Shown here: positions 62,384 through 64,000 of the stretch, piece by piece | Layout: each line of letters begins with the position of its first letter | Position numbering within the stretch: the stretch's first letter is position 1 | Translations under genes and position numbers: made by a program | From: Nageia nagi | Lineage: Eukaryota > Plantae > Pinophyta | Assembly (NCBI GenBank): GCA_050084985.1 | Contig: JBITNC010000001.1 | Coordinates: forward strand, 180,172,001 to 180,236,000 | Length of the DNA: 64,000 nucleotides | Direction: 5' to 3' | Notes under the pieces: generated by a model | Seen by the model: only the letters and a program-made list of their open reading frames with translations | Database searches by the model: none | What the model was told of the DNA's origin: nothing

Positions 62384-63905
62384 TGTTGGGTACTTTTATT
62401 ATTTAATAAACCTTAACAATCTTATCATGAGCAAGAATACATGAGCAATAACAACAAAAGCAAACTTAAACATGCAAGATAATAAGAAAATAATCATATA
62501 ACAAGGTTCACTCAACATTTCGTTGAGCTACATCCTCAAAGAAACACTATCACAATAATTCTATTATTCTGGAAATTACAAATACATGAAGGAAGAACCG
62601 AATAATAGTCTTGTTGTAGCACCCTCTCTTCATCTCCCAATAGGATTCTCAAACATTGGTTTCTTCTTCACCCATAACATAATCACTCCACCATGATTAC
62701 ACCATTGCAATCTCCTCACCAAGCTATATATGAGATTGTTCATGCTTCTATGCCGAGACCCTTTATAGTCACAACATACAAATAATCCCTTGCACATTAT
62801 GTACATTACCTGGGCATCCAATAATACACTACAATATAATATCTTAAGATATGAATTTACATTCTTATACAATGCATCCTCTCTTCCTAGCTCTATGATA
62901 TTACAACACACTCACAGCCATCAAAGCTCTACAATAATCATCCTAGCATTACATTAGAGAACTCCTTGCTCTTAAATGATATATCTTATCTTTCCAAGTA
63001 CTCAAATTATGCTCCCCTACCATTCATAATCCAATCCATCAATTTATAAGTAGGTGAGGCTCGTATATAGCCAAGTCCTCATTTAATGCATTAGATCTCA
63101 AATTTTTTCATATCTTATCTTTGTAGTTAATAGAACATGGTTTTTGGCACACAATTTCAACACATTAGATATCAGCCCATAATTTATAGGCATACAAATT
63201 AAACCACCTCATTTCATTAAATAAGGATGATCATTTACGATCCAAATTAGATCAAATCAGGCCACCTCCTTAAATGTCAGGCTCCATACTTAACAAACTC
63301 CCAATCTGATACTAATTCATAATAGCTCTACCACTGTTGCATTAGTTGAAGATCATATTCAAACCACACGGAGGATATTCATATCCTCCATATTATTCTT
63401 TCAATATGCTTTAAACCACCACATCAAATTAATGTCAACCTCACATCTTCTCCTATGATGAACAAGCAACATGATAATCTACCATCTATCTTCATTGCTC
63501 CCATTGTTTTACCAATCTCTTGGTTTTGCATAGTCAAGAATAATACATTGGAAAACCCCTTTCCAATTCATAAGCTTCCATAAACAAAACTTGGGAAGGG
63601 ATAGAGCAAGAGAGGTGGTGAGGCCCCCTTATTACTTATCTGATTTACTAAATTTTAAATACAAGCTCAAACTTGGTTACAATTCCCACAACCCATTTCT
63701 ATTGTAGCTCCCATTTCCCACTCAAACCAGAATCCAACCAATATTAATATCTGACACCACTTGTTAGATTCTTTTATTATTCAATAAACCTTAATTATCT
63801 TATCATGATCAAGAATACATGAGTAATAATACCAAAAGCAAACTTAAACATGTAATACAAGAAGAACACCATCATATAATGAGGTTCACTCAATATTTAA
63901 TGCTA
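62384..63905 (-). mobile_element. Short non-autonomous LTR element (LTR ~62384-63162, truncated second LTR from 63762)
   Basis: TGTT..TTTTATTATT.AATAAACCTTAA..ATCTTATCATGA.CAAGAATACATGAG repeated at 62384 and 63762. PBS-like TCTGACACCA lies just before 63762. The internal region is about 600 bp. Confidence 0.7.
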
Positions 63906-64000
63906 CTCACCCTTTCACAAATTCTAAATTTGCATAATTATTTTTTTTTAATTTAATTTAAACACTCAATTGGTTTAGGAATGCACAAGGCAATCCATAT

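Noticed and set aside
3169-62911. Most short ORFs in the supplied six-frame track as genes
   Set aside because: They are antisense or off-frame shadows of TE sequence, or LTR-derived duplicates (e.g. 25744 and 33660).

Overview
AT-rich land-plant genomic DNA. A large-genome seed plant such as a gymnosperm is my inference from intron size and TE types. The left third holds the 3' half of one + strand host gene: four in-frame coding exons (10601-10708, 10809-10958, 16274-16343, 19668-19753) whose product matches the C-terminal KA1/VCR-like region of FIONA1, the plant METTL16 U6 snRNA m6A methyltransferase. Its introns are inflated by hAT and Ty3/gypsy relics. From about 21 kb onward the window is a nest of decayed TEs: two L1 LINEs, a full-length Copia with a TSD inside one L1, a related Copia 5' fragment, an RTE-like RT, a Copia whose internal 4.7 kb is inverted relative to its LTRs, a full-length gypsy with a TSD, an LTR-like repeat family and a foldback MITE. 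The most interesting leads are METTL16-substrate-like UACAGA hairpins and U6-m6A-type splice donors inside FIO1 itself (possible self-regulation), plus the inverted Copia. All identifications come from reading the sequence and remembered family motifs; no searches were run.
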